A stretch of 25,250 nt of DNA from Vulcanimicrobiales bacterium (GCA_038231455.1 JBBRLI010000033.1:1-25250), one strand, 5' to 3'. Shown: positions 1 to 8,543, counted from the first letter of the stretch. The notes: a model not told the origin generated them from the letters alone. Translations and numbers: made by a program.

Positions 1-1
1 A

Positions 2-220
2 CCGGCTCAGATCACGTTCCACTCGCTGCGCCACACGTGCGCGACGATGTTGCTCTCGCAGGGCGTTCATCCGAAGATCGTTCAGGAGATGCTCGGCCAC
101 AGTACGGTCTCGATCACGATGGATCTCTACAGCCATTCGACGCCCTCGCTGCAGTCCGAAGCTGCACAGCGACTCGACGCCATTCTTCGCCTACCGGGGG
201 CAGGCGCGGCCAGCGCCTAA
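2..220 (+). CDS. Tyrosine recombinase/phage integrase, C-terminal fragment (5' truncated by the window edge)
   Basis: Not in the ORF track. Frame 2 reads PAQITFHSLRHTCATMLLSQGVHPKIVQEMLGHSTVSITMDLYSH...ASA-TAA(218-220). It has the H-x-L-R-H box, LGH and the catalytic Tyr of tyrosine recombinases. Confidence 0.95.
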   Translation, partial: PAQITFHSLRHTCATMLLSQGVHPKIVQEMLGHSTVSITMDLYSHSTPSLQSEAAQRLDAILRLPGAGAASA

Positions 221-241
221 GAGTACCCTCGGAAACGTTGA

Positions 242-264
242 GGTGACCTAACGGTGACCAAAAC
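242..264 (+). repeat. Tandem direct repeat GGTGACCTAAC/GGTGACCAAAAC, candidate integrase arm-type binding sites
   Basis: Two adjacent GGTGACC copies 11 bp apart, between the integrase stop and the tRNA. Function is inferred from position. Confidence 0.55.
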
Positions 265-337
265 GCCGGTTCACGATCGCTCAAAAAAAGCACTGTGCAC
301 CGGAAACCCATACGGTGTAGGCGATTGCGCCGCACAT

Positions 338-431
338 GGGAGAGTACGGATCTGGTGGTCCGCACGGTCTTCAAAACCGCTGAGGTCTTCGCAAGGGGAC
401 TGGTAGGTTCGATTCCTACACTTTCCCGCCA
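338..431 (+). tRNA. selC: tRNA-Sec (anticodon UCA)
   Basis: 94 nt. Acceptor GGGAGAGT/ACTTTCCC, discriminator G and encoded CCA. 6-bp D stem CGGATC/GGTCCG with a 4-nt loop. Anticodon loop CTTCAAA (TCA at 371-373). Long variable arm GGTCTTC-GCAA-GGGGACT. T arm GTAGG-TTCGATT-CCTAC. Confidence 0.95.
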
Positions 432-473
432 CATGCGCCCTCGCTGCAGTTCCTTCGAGTTTTCTCGCGCTGG

Positions 474-911
474 TCAGTGGCCTAATCGAACGGGCAACGG
501 GCCTCCTGAGGGTGTCCGCTGTTCGCAGCCGTGCAGTTTCAACGCTGGGAACGAACGCGGATCCTCGGGTTCATAAATCTTCCGGAGATGCTCCAACCAG
601 TATGCGTTGCCGGAGCCTCGGGCAAACACGACCTTCGCCGTCTCCCCGGGCTTTAGCTGGCCGTGGACCGTGCCGCCATTCATTGCCTCCGTGGGAACGC
701 GCATGCTGGTGACGGCCATCATCCAGCGATATGTGTGCTCCGACTTGTTGCGAATGGGCTGGATATATTCGAAATATCCGCCGCCGATCCGCTTCTCATA
801 CAAGCCCCCGGCATAATCGACATGACCTTTGCACGTGTCTTGTTTCGCCTGGGCCGGGGCGGGGACGCACAAAGTCAAAAGCGCGACGACCGTCAAAAGA
901 ATTTTCCGCAC
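474..911 (-). CDS. Hypothetical secreted protein, 145 aa
   Basis: GTG start with a strong SD (AAAAGGAG). Classic Sec signal peptide MRKILLTVVALLTLCVPAPAQA. No family recognised. Confidence 0.8.
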   Translation of the reverse strand: MRKILLTVVALLTLCVPAPAQAKQDTCKGHVDYAGGLYEKRIGGGYFEYIQPIRNKSEHTYRWMMAVTSMRVPTEAMNGGTVHGQLKPGETAKVVFARGSGNAYWLEHLRKIYEPEDPRSFPALKLHGCEQRTPSGGPLPVRLGH

Positions 912-1117
912 GTCGTTCTCCTTTTGGGGAGCTATCCGGGTTTGTCAGCGTTTTCCCTGGCGGATCGGTAACACATCGTTCGCTTCGCAGTTGAGGGAGG
1001 CGGCCTCCACGTTTCCGCCCAGTGCTCTCACGCACGGCAACGTGACGGCAAATTCGCTCTAGCGAAGAAGAGGCCCGGTTGCTCGGCGTGCCATACTGCT
1101 CCGCGAAGGGGACAACG

Positions 1118-2035
1118 ATGAACGAATCGATCGGAATCATCGGTGGCGGCGCGCTCGGCACGCTCTTCGCCGGCGCACTTGCGAAGCAGTACCGGGTTCA
1201 TCTCGTCGTGCGTACGCAGGTCGATGTCGAAACGATCCGGTCGCGCGGCGGCGTTTCGATCGATACCGCGCACGCCTCAGCCGTCGACGTGACGACCGAC
1301 GTGCGTGAGCTTGCGAATGTTGCCGTCCTTTTCGTTGCGGTCAAGACGTTCGACACGAAGGCCGCTCTTTCGCCGCTGGGTCCGTTGCTCGGTCGTGAAT
1401 CGATCGTCGTCAGCTTGCAAAACGGCGTCGACAACGATGTCCGGATCCGCGCGGCGGGTTGCAGCAGTGAGTCGATCGTCTTAGCGCCCACGAGCGAAGC
1501 GGCGATTCGTGTTTCTCCCGGAATTGTCAAGCGTGTTGGTGTGGGGTCTACGATGATCGGTTTTGCCGACGATGCGCCCGCGGGCGCTGTCGCAGATGTT
1601 CTCGACTGTTTTCGCAGTGGCGGATTTGCCGCCCGCATCGTCGAGGATATCGATGCGTACGTTTGGGCGAAGTTGATCATCAACGCGGCGATCAATCCCG
1701 TGACGGCGCTGAAGAACGCCACCAACGACATCGTGCTGCGCGATCATGAGGCGCACGAACGGGCGGCGGGACTCGCGCGTGAAGCGATGGCAGTGGCTCT
1801 TGCGCTCGGGATCGATCTGCCCTTCGATGACCCGGTTGCCGCGTTCGAGGCGGTTGCCCGAACGACGGCCGCGAATCGGTCGTCTATGTTAAACGATTTC
1901 TCCCGCGGAGGCCCGACCGAAATCGATGCGATCAACGGGGCCGTCGTCGCACACGGTGCAAGACTCGGCATCCCCACTCCAATCAATGCGGAAATCGTCG
2001 CGACGATCGCGGCGCGGAGTGCGGATCGTGGCTGA
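1118..2035 (+). CDS. panE: 2-dehydropantoate 2-reductase (ketopantoate reductase)
   Basis: ATG at 1118 after GAAGGGGA. Motifs: GIIGGGALG Rossmann, VAVK, SLQNG, WAKLIINAAINP (catalytic Lys), SSMLND, TEIDAING (catalytic Glu). Adjacent to panB. Confidence 0.93.
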   Translation: MNESIGIIGGGALGTLFAGALAKQYRVHLVVRTQVDVETIRSRGGVSIDTAHASAVDVTTDVRELANVAVLFVAVKTFDTKAALSPLGPLLGRESIVVSLQNGVDNDVRIRAAGCSSESIVLAPTSEAAIRVSPGIVKRVGVGSTMIGFADDAPAGAVADVLDCFRSGGFAARIVEDIDAYVWAKLIINAAINPVTALKNATNDIVLRDHEAHERAAGLAREAMAVALALGIDLPFDDPVAAFEAVARTTAANRSSMLNDFSRGGPTEIDAINGAVVAHGARLGIPTPINAEIVATIAARSADRG

Positions 2036-2798
2036 TCGTCGCCTCACGGCAAGTGCGATTCGCAAACGGAAAGGGACCGCGTTTCCGGTTATCACCGCCT
2101 ACGATGCGGCGTTCGCGCGGCTCGCCGAAAGTGCGGGCATCGACGTTGTTCTGGTCGGCGATTCACTTGGGATGGTCGTGCTCGGCTACGATTCGACCGT
2201 GCACGTGGAACTGGCGGATATGGAGCGCCACGGCGCAGCGGTCGCGCGCGGCACCAAACGCGCGCACGTCGTCGTCGACTTGCCGTTTGGAACGTACGAA
2301 GCAAGTGATGAGGGGGCCGTCGCTGCCGCCTCTCGCTTGATTAAATACGGCGGTGCATCGAGCGTCAAGCTGGAAGGCGGCCTGCGCATGGCGAGCCGTA
2401 TCGCTGCGATCGCGCGCGCCGGTATCCCGGTGATGGCGCATCTGGGCGTCTTACCGCAGACCGCCGCGATCGGTGAGGGATTTCGTCGCGATGCACGACG
2501 CGACGAACTGCTCGCCGACGCCCGCGCGATCGAGGCGGCCGGCGCGTATGCCGTCGTATTCGAGATGGTCGAGGCCGAACTCGCGCGCGAACTGACGCTC
2601 GCCCTCGCGATCCCAACGATTGGAATTGGATCGGGTCCGCACTGCGATGCGCAAGTGCTCGTGATGCACGACGCGCTCGGTCTGTATCCGGATCCGCCGC
2701 CGTTCGCCCGCGTCTTTGCCGACGTTGCGAAAACGGCCGAAGACGGATTTCGCGCATATGCCGAGGCCGTGCGCGCGCGTTCGTTTCCGCCGGGCTGA
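2028..2798 (+). CDS. panB: 3-methyl-2-oxobutanoate hydroxymethyltransferase
   Basis: Motifs ITAYDA, LVGDSLGM, VVDLPF, VKLEGG, PTIGIGSG, DAQVLV. Likely start is GTG at 2028 (GGAG upstream), overlapping the panE stop, not the track start at 1926. Confidence 0.95.
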   Translation: MADRRLTASAIRKRKGTAFPVITAYDAAFARLAESAGIDVVLVGDSLGMVVLGYDSTVHVELADMERHGAAVARGTKRAHVVVDLPFGTYEASDEGAVAAASRLIKYGGASSVKLEGGLRMASRIAAIARAGIPVMAHLGVLPQTAAIGEGFRRDARRDELLADARAIEAAGAYAVVFEMVEAELARELTLALAIPTIGIGSGPHCDAQVLVMHDALGLYPDPPPFARVFADVAKTAEDGFRAYAEAVRARSFPPG

Positions 2799-2800
2799 CG

Positions 2801-3856
2801 ATGGAGATCGCGGGACTGTTCGCTGAGATCGAGTCCCTCTCTCGCGAGCGTGACGCACACGAAGAGCGCGCGCGACGGCTTACGACCCTCCAGGACGCGT
2901 TCACCGCGATCGTTTCGGAGGCAGACGAGGAACGGATTGCCGGGCACGCTCTGCGCGGCACGTTTCTCGCGCTCGGCTTCACGCGTGCGCTGTGGTTCGT
3001 GCTTGACGATGCGGGCGCTGCGAATGCGGCGTTCGCGTGCGACGGAGAAGCTACGGCTCTGCCTTCGGAATACGGAGATACGTTTCCCGAGGAAAGCGTT
3101 CTGCGCAAGCTCGCGCGCGGCGAGCGCGATGCAGCAGCCGGATATGCCGACGATCTCGATGCACCGCTCTACGATGTGCGCGGCTGGTTCGCGATGGCGG
3201 TCTTGCGCGAGCGTGCAGGCCGGGTGGTCGCGATCCTCTATGCTGACGGCGCGCCCGAACGCAGCATCGCGGCGTGGTCGATCGCGGCGCTGGGTCATCT
3301 TGCCGCGCATGCCGCGCTCGCACTCGAAGCGATTCGCCTCGCAAGCGCCATGGAGCGTCTGGCGATGAACGATCCCCTCACCGGGCTGATCAATCGGCGC
3401 GCGCTCCTCGCACGCGTGGGCGTCGAGATCGCAAACGCGGTGCGCGTCGGCGGCTCGTTCGCATACGTCTTGATCGACGTCGACAACTTCAAACGCGTCA
3501 ACGACACCGAGGGTCACGCGGGCGGCGACGCGCACCTCAAGCGAATCGCTCGCGCGATGCGCGAAGCGACGCGAGCCGGTGATGTGCCCGCTCGCTTTGC
3601 CGGTGATGAATTTGCAATGATCCTCATTGGTGCGGATGCGCGCGAAGCGGCGGCCGTATTGGCACGCCTCTACGAGGCGTTCCGTTCGGAGGCGCTCTCG
3701 TGTTCGAGTGGGGTTGCGATCTACCCAAATGACGGAGGCGACGAAGCGGCGCTCTTCAGCGCGGCCGATGCCGCGCTCTACCGTGCGAAAGAGGCGGGTA
3801 AGGACCGTTTCGCGTTTTCGGCTGCTTCGATTGGTTCGAGCGGATACGAAAGATAG
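2801..3856 (+). CDS. GAF-domain diguanylate cyclase (AGDEF variant)
   Basis: DPLTGLINRR, IDVDNFKRVNDTEGHAGGD, RAGD I-site followed by RFAGDEF, ADAALYRAKEAGKD. The N-terminal region is GAF-like. Confidence 0.9.
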   Translation: MEIAGLFAEIESLSRERDAHEERARRLTTLQDAFTAIVSEADEERIAGHALRGTFLALGFTRALWFVLDDAGAANAAFACDGEATALPSEYGDTFPEESVLRKLARGERDAAAGYADDLDAPLYDVRGWFAMAVLRERAGRVVAILYADGAPERSIAAWSIAALGHLAAHAALALEAIRLASAMERLAMNDPLTGLINRRALLARVGVEIANAVRVGGSFAYVLIDVDNFKRVNDTEGHAGGDAHLKRIARAMREATRAGDVPARFAGDEFAMILIGADAREAAAVLARLYEAFRSEALSCSSGVAIYPNDGGDEAALFSAADAALYRAKEAGKDRFAFSAASIGSSGYER

Positions 3857-6636
3857 TAGCCTTGGCCGTAAGTGATGCCGAGTGACTTGCACGCGGCGAG
3901 TTGTTCGGCCGTCTCGATTCCCTCCGCCGTCACGCTGAGTCCGAGGGTCGATGCGAGTGTGACGATCGTGCGCACGATTTCGAAAGCTTCGGGTCGGTCC
4001 GTCATCTCCGCGACAAAACTTCGATCGATTTTTATCGATTCGATCGGGAAGCGGCGCAGATAACTTAGCGAGGAGTAACCGGTGCCGAAGTCGTCGATGT
4101 GCGCTTGAACGCCGAGGTCGCGAAGCTCGCGTAGCGCCCGCGCTGAGGTCTCGACGTCTTCCATGAGCGCGCTCTCGGTGATCTCGATTTTGAGCGCTCG
4201 GGCGTCCATACCCGCAGAGACGAGAATGCCGGCGATCTCGGAAGCAAAATTCGACTGTACGAGTTGACGCACGGAAACGTTCACGGCGATCGTTAGATCG
4301 GTTCGGCCCCACGAGCAAAACTCGCGTACCGCTTCACGTGCGACCCACGCGCCGAGGCGAATGACCGTGCGATTTTGCTCGCTGATCGAAATGAACTCGC
4401 CGGGTCCGAGCAGTCCGCGCTCCGGGTGTTGCCAACGCACGAGCGCTTCGAACCCCGCGAGTCGTCCGGTTGCGAGTTCGACGATTGGCTGATAGCGCAA
4501 GACGAACTCGTTGCGATCGACGGCACCGCGCAGGTCCGTCTCCAGCCGCAGCTGGGCGACGGTGCGCGTGTGCAGGTCGCGATCGAAAAGCACGAAGCGG
4601 TCTTTGCCTTGACCTTTTGCCTCGTACATCGCAACGTCGGCGTCGCGCAACAGATCGCTCGGGGATCCGTACCCGTCCGCATTTGCAATGATACCGATGC
4701 TCGCGCCCGTGTAGATGTCGCTGCTGCGCACGTCAAAGGATTCGCCCATGCGCTCGATGATGCGTTGCGCGATGCGGCGGGCGTACTCGTCGTCTTCCAT
4801 GTGGTGGAGAACGATCACAAACTCGTCGCCGCCGATGCGAGCGATGATATCGTCGGCATGAATCGAACCTTCGAGTCGGCGTGCGACGGCGACCAGAAGC
4901 TCGTCGCCGACGGCGTGTCCGAGGCTGTCATTCACGATCTTGAAGCGGTCAAGGTCGATATAGAGCACGGCAAAGGGATCGCGTTTGGTCTGCGAGGGGT
5001 CGAGTGCGCGCGAAAGATGCTCGAAGAGAAACGCGCGATTCGGCAGGTCGGTAAGGGCGTCGAAAAAGGCAAACCGACGCAAGCGCTCTTCGGCGCGCTG
5101 CCGCTCGGCGATTTCGTTTTCAAGCTCCATTTTTTCGCGTTCGAGATGGAGCGCGCGTCGGCCACCACGATGACGCCGGAGGTCGATCGTGACCGTCGCT
5201 CCGCCCAGCACCCAGATGATCGCGATCACGACGAGCGCCGCCCCGCGCAGTCCGCTAGCTTGGGAGAAGAGCCCGGCGTTGTTCGCGACGACATGTACGA
5301 CCAGACCCGAATCGACGCGGACGCGCGACTCACTCGTATCCGTACCGATGCGCCGCGCGAGAAATCGCTCGAGTTCGCGCGGATCGATCTCGAGTGTCGA
5401 GCGCGATCTTGGGACGCCGATGGACATACGGAACTGATGCTCGTCCGTCGTTGCGACGATGCGGCCGTCACCGGAGAGGACGTAGGCAAACTCGTACGGC
5501 GGAAGCGCCATCAAGCCGAGCGCGTTTGCGAAGTCACCGCCATAGACGTCGCTCGAGGCAACGCCGATCGTCTTGCCGCTTCGGTCGTGAATCGGTGCGA
5601 CAGCGCCGAGGAAGACAAAACCGTCCTCGGAGTACGGCGGATTGAACGTGACGGTTGACGCGCGCAAACCTCGTGTATAAAATGTACGATGCAAGTAGTC
5701 GTATGACGGCCGGCCGTAGCTGTGCACGATGTGCGTTGCCGCAACGTTGACCTTCACGCGGGCCGCATAGATGCCGGCGTATTTACGCCGCGGCTCGAAC
5801 GCGTAGGGTTGGTACCAAATTCCGACCCCGTCGATCGCGGTGCCCGGCGCGGCGTCGAGCAGTTGCTTTGCGAGTTGTTCGATGGCCGGCTGCGTCGCCG
5901 GGATCATCGTGGTGAGCATGCTCGCATCGGCTGCGAGCTCTTTTGCTTCACCAAGGACGTCGCCAAGTGCGTGTTCGATCATCGACGAGCGCACGCGTTG
6001 GTCGGCGAGTGCGCGTGCATTCAGTTCGTTGGTCGCGACGGTAATCGCAGCGACGATGGCAATCGTCAAACCGACGAGCGCGGCAACGATCGTCCATGTA
6101 TATGCGCGTACCGTGCGGCGCTCGCCGTGAAGGCTTGGGCGCTGCCGTTGGATCGCGACGCTCAAGTCGGCGGAGACGCGTTCGATCGTCTCGACGTCAC
6201 CTTCGTTAAAAGCGTTCTCGCGCGGCGACTGAACCGAGAGAACGCCAATCGTCCGCGTTCCCGAAACGATTGGTACGAACATGGCGGAAATGGAATCGTC
6301 GGCCGTTGGGTCTTCCGGGCGAATCGGCACGCGCGGATAGGCGAGCCAATCGGAGGCCTTCGAGCGCAGGATGGCTCGACCGTCGCGAACGATCGCCGCG
6401 GTCGTCGTTCGTTCGTCGATCGGAAGGCCGGGAAAGCGCCGAATGCCGTGATCGAGCGCGTACTCGACGCGGGTCGTGCCATCGGATTGTACCAGCGCGA
6501 CGAAGATCGTACTGACATCGAAATGAGCGGCGAGCATCGAGCACACGTGCTCGAAAAGCAAGCTCAGCGGTCGCCCCGATGAAGCGAGCTCCGCGGACTG
6601 GTCGAGCAGTGATTGCAGGCGGTGAGAGTCCGACAT
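3778..6636 (-). CDS. Membrane-bound GAF / Cache / GGDEF / EAL c-di-GMP enzyme, 952 aa
   Basis: Start placed at ATG 6636 (MSDSHRLQ), because the longer track ORF overlaps the upstream gene. Domain order: GAF (SAMFVPI...IGVLSVQS), TM, dCache-like region (YYDY-like SYDYLHRTFY, NPPYSE, IGVASSD), TM, ARIGGDEF, GFEALVRW, DDFGTGYSSL, KIDRSF, AEGIET, GQGY. Confidence 0.92.
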   Translation of the reverse strand: MSDSHRLQSLLDQSAELASSGRPLSLLFEHVCSMLAAHFDVSTIFVALVQSDGTTRVEYALDHGIRRFPGLPIDERTTTAAIVRDGRAILRSKASDWLAYPRVPIRPEDPTADDSISAMFVPIVSGTRTIGVLSVQSPRENAFNEGDVETIERVSADLSVAIQRQRPSLHGERRTVRAYTWTIVAALVGLTIAIVAAITVATNELNARALADQRVRSSMIEHALGDVLGEAKELAADASMLTTMIPATQPAIEQLAKQLLDAAPGTAIDGVGIWYQPYAFEPRRKYAGIYAARVKVNVAATHIVHSYGRPSYDYLHRTFYTRGLRASTVTFNPPYSEDGFVFLGAVAPIHDRSGKTIGVASSDVYGGDFANALGLMALPPYEFAYVLSGDGRIVATTDEHQFRMSIGVPRSRSTLEIDPRELERFLARRIGTDTSESRVRVDSGLVVHVVANNAGLFSQASGLRGAALVVIAIIWVLGGATVTIDLRRHRGGRRALHLEREKMELENEIAERQRAEERLRRFAFFDALTDLPNRAFLFEHLSRALDPSQTKRDPFAVLYIDLDRFKIVNDSLGHAVGDELLVAVARRLEGSIHADDIIARIGGDEFVIVLHHMEDDEYARRIAQRIIERMGESFDVRSSDIYTGASIGIIANADGYGSPSDLLRDADVAMYEAKGQGKDRFVLFDRDLHTRTVAQLRLETDLRGAVDRNEFVLRYQPIVELATGRLAGFEALVRWQHPERGLLGPGEFISISEQNRTVIRLGAWVAREAVREFCSWGRTDLTIAVNVSVRQLVQSNFASEIAGILVSAGMDARALKIEITESALMEDVETSARALRELRDLGVQAHIDDFGTGYSSLSYLRRFPIESIKIDRSFVAEMTDRPEAFEIVRTIVTLASTLGLSVTAEGIETAEQLAACKSLGITYGQGYYLSYPLEPIEAAENAKRSLPASFAR

Positions 6637-6665
6637 AGAGCCCCGATAGGGGTCGGCCGTATTCG

Positions 6666-7733
6666 CTACCGGATCCCAGCGCCCCCGCGCGCGAGCGGCA
6701 GCCCACGTGCGTCGCGCGGCGCGCCAACCAGGAGGTTGACGAAAAGGGAATAGCTGACGATCCCGCTGCTTACGCGGTTGACCTTTAAATAGCGATCGTA
6801 GACCGACCACTGCAGCGAAAACGCAATCCGGTTGAGGTAACGTTCGTACCGCGCGTACGAATCGGTGAGATCGGCGCGAACCAAGTCGTTCAGGGGATAT
6901 TTCGCGGTGAGATCGTGCGGCAAATACCCATAGGTCCAAACCAAACCGGAATAGCGAATGAATGGCTCGCGCGATCGGAGCGTGGTAAGGGCTGCGATAT
7001 AGTTTGCGTCGGTTTCGTCGGCAAATGCCGCGGCATGACCCCACTCGTGCGCGATCGCGAAGGGTCTCTCGAACGGCAGGAAATCGGCGTTGACGATTGT
7101 CTCGTAGGCAAAGGGATCGAACAGCCCGCCGATACCCGCAAACGAGAGGTAGCGGTTGATCAGCGTTGACTTCGGCCGCGTCACCGTCACGTCGCGATCG
7201 TCGCCGAGCGTGCGGACAACCGGTTCGAAATCGCTCTGCAGTTCGGCGAGCATATGTTCCTCGTCGAGCGGCTTTGCGTGGGCCAGCGCAGCGGTTGCGT
7301 TGAGATCCGCGACGACGTGCTGCACGTACGCATCGACCGCGGCCGGTGCGACGGTCGCTTGTTCGAATGCGATCCGGCTGGTCATCGGCGGTCGGCGATA
7401 GTTGAATCCCCAGTTGCACGAGAATACGATTCCGAGGAGCGCGGCGATCCCGATCGTATGCGCCGCCATCATCGCCACCGCCGCCCATTTCGCGCGCGCG
7501 CGACGGAGACGCACGATCCACCAAAAGATCAAGCTACCGGCGACAAGCGCAGCGATGAGGTCGGTAACGGCAAATGGAACGCGGTTCGTGAGCGATGTGA
7601 ACGCCGTTTGTACCGGTGGATAGATGCCGTTCGCATACGCGCGCTCGACCCACTGCGGGCTTGGCGGAGCGATCGCGAGCACGAGGACGGCGATGGCCGC
7701 GATGCCGTCGAGGATGAGTCCGCGTGGGTTCAC
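6666..7733 (-). CDS. Membrane-anchored putative zinc metallopeptidase, DUF3810-like
   Basis: N-terminal TM helices, WVERAYANGIYP, WGFNYRRP, GIGGLFDPFAYE, and HEWGH (HExxH) followed by DETDANYIA. Confidence 0.8.
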   Translation of the reverse strand: MNPRGLILDGIAAIAVLVLAIAPPSPQWVERAYANGIYPPVQTAFTSLTNRVPFAVTDLIAALVAGSLIFWWIVRLRRARAKWAAVAMMAAHTIGIAALLGIVFSCNWGFNYRRPPMTSRIAFEQATVAPAAVDAYVQHVVADLNATAALAHAKPLDEEHMLAELQSDFEPVVRTLGDDRDVTVTRPKSTLINRYLSFAGIGGLFDPFAYETIVNADFLPFERPFAIAHEWGHAAAFADETDANYIAALTTLRSREPFIRYSGLVWTYGYLPHDLTAKYPLNDLVRADLTDSYARYERYLNRIAFSLQWSVYDRYLKVNRVSSGIVSYSLFVNLLVGAPRDARGLPLARGGAGIR

Positions 7734-8527
7734 GCGGCGAACAAATACGTCGCGAATGTGGCGGTCTGAACGAATCCGAGGCCTTCGTACAGCGCGATCG
7801 CGGGCCGGTTGAAATCATTCACGTACAGCGAGAGCGTCGCGGTTTCGCTCAGCATTTCGGCTGCGATCGATCCGAGTGCGAGCGTCGCGTACCGTCGCCC
7901 ACGAAATTCCGGCGGGGTCCACACGCCTTGAATCTGCGCCGTTCGAGGCGTCCGCGCGCCGACGTTGCATTGGAATCGTAGCTCGTCATTTACCATCCAC
8001 ACCCACCACAACCCGTGTTCGATCGCGCGGCGAACGTTGGTCGTAAAGCCGCTTCGCTCGCGCGGGTCGTAGCCGAGTTCGACGATCATCATCTCCGCGC
8101 TATTGGTCGCAATGCGTTCGGCTTCATCCGGATGTGCACGTCGAACCGCAACGCGCTCGGTTCGGGCAAGGGCTTCCGGAAGGAGCGCATAGAGCGGTTG
8201 ATTCGCGCGAATCAACGCGGGAGGGCGGTGCCACGCCCGCACGCGCGTCCAGAAATGCGCGATGCGCTCGGCCGGACCGACGAAGCTGCGTAGTCCGGGA
8301 TGACGCCGCGCTTCAACGGCAAACGCGTCGACTGCGGCGTTGTCGTCGGCGGCGAGGACCACGTGCGCACCGAAATAGACGATGCCGCCGATCGTTTGAT
8401 TGTGGTCGCGCCAGACGAAGATATCTTCGGCTCCGCGCGGCGTTTCAATCACCGATTGCAGAAAGACGTTCTCGTACGGACGCCGTTCGAGAAAGTCGAT
8501 CGTATCACGACGCGTTCCGCGCCCCAG
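7730..8527 (-). CDS. GNAT acetyltransferase (DUF4081 + FR47-like); start uncertain (CTG 8527 or GTG 8452)
   Basis: AQIQGVWTPPEFRGRRYA (acetyl-CoA motif A) and SLYVNDFNRPAIALYEGLGF. The frame stays open and protein-like upstream of GTG 8452 (LGRGTRRDTIDFLERRPYENVFLQS). Confidence 0.85.
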   Translation of the reverse strand: MGRGTRRDTIDFLERRPYENVFLQSVIETPRGAEDIFVWRDHNQTIGGIVYFGAHVVLAADDNAAVDAFAVEARRHPGLRSFVGPAERIAHFWTRVRAWHRPPALIRANQPLYALLPEALARTERVAVRRAHPDEAERIATNSAEMMIVELGYDPRERSGFTTNVRRAIEHGLWWVWMVNDELRFQCNVGARTPRTAQIQGVWTPPEFRGRRYATLALGSIAAEMLSETATLSLYVNDFNRPAIALYEGLGFVQTATFATYLFAA

Positions 8528-8543
8528 CGGCTCGAGCGTGGGC

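Larger units (their letters stand above)
1..337. mobile_element. Probable right end of an integrative element (prophage/ICE/island) abutting tRNA-Sec
   Basis: Integrase end, then tandem repeats at 242-264 and an A-tract at 283-289, then a tRNA gene. This is the usual layout of an att junction. The exact boundary cannot be determined here. Confidence 0.65.

Noticed and set aside
333-435. CACATG on both sides of the tRNA as a target-site duplication
   Set aside because: Only 6 bp and overlapping both tRNA ends. Tyrosine integrases do not create such duplications around a whole tRNA, so chance is likely.
114-476. Possible Sec read-through of the TGA ending the secreted-protein gene into ORF 114-434
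   Set aside because: The extension is just the antisense of the tRNA and integrase. There is no redox-motif context and no evident SECIS. No convincing selenoprotein was found in the window.
942-968. CCGATCC-N16-ACAA as a second SigK-type promoter
   Set aside because: The -35 looks right but the -10 lacks the CG core. Too weak to call.
958-1022. Possible c-di-GMP-II riboswitch upstream of the secreted protein (GGCGGAAAC...ACCGATCCGCC on the minus strand)
   Set aside because: The closing stem and ends are reminiscent, but the internal pseudoknot pairing and kink-turn are not found. An Infernal/Rfam search would settle it.
2186-4318. 710-aa minus-strand ORF and other long shadow ORFs (e.g. 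4375-5658, 17287-18438, 19257-20369)
   Set aside because: Antisense or alternate-frame shadows of well-supported genes. These are expected in high-GC DNA and contain no motifs.
6637-7524. 296-aa N-terminal extension of the 1248-aa track ORF
   Set aside because: Arg-rich, non-protein-like sequence overlapping the DUF3810-like gene in another frame. The real start is most likely ATG 6636.
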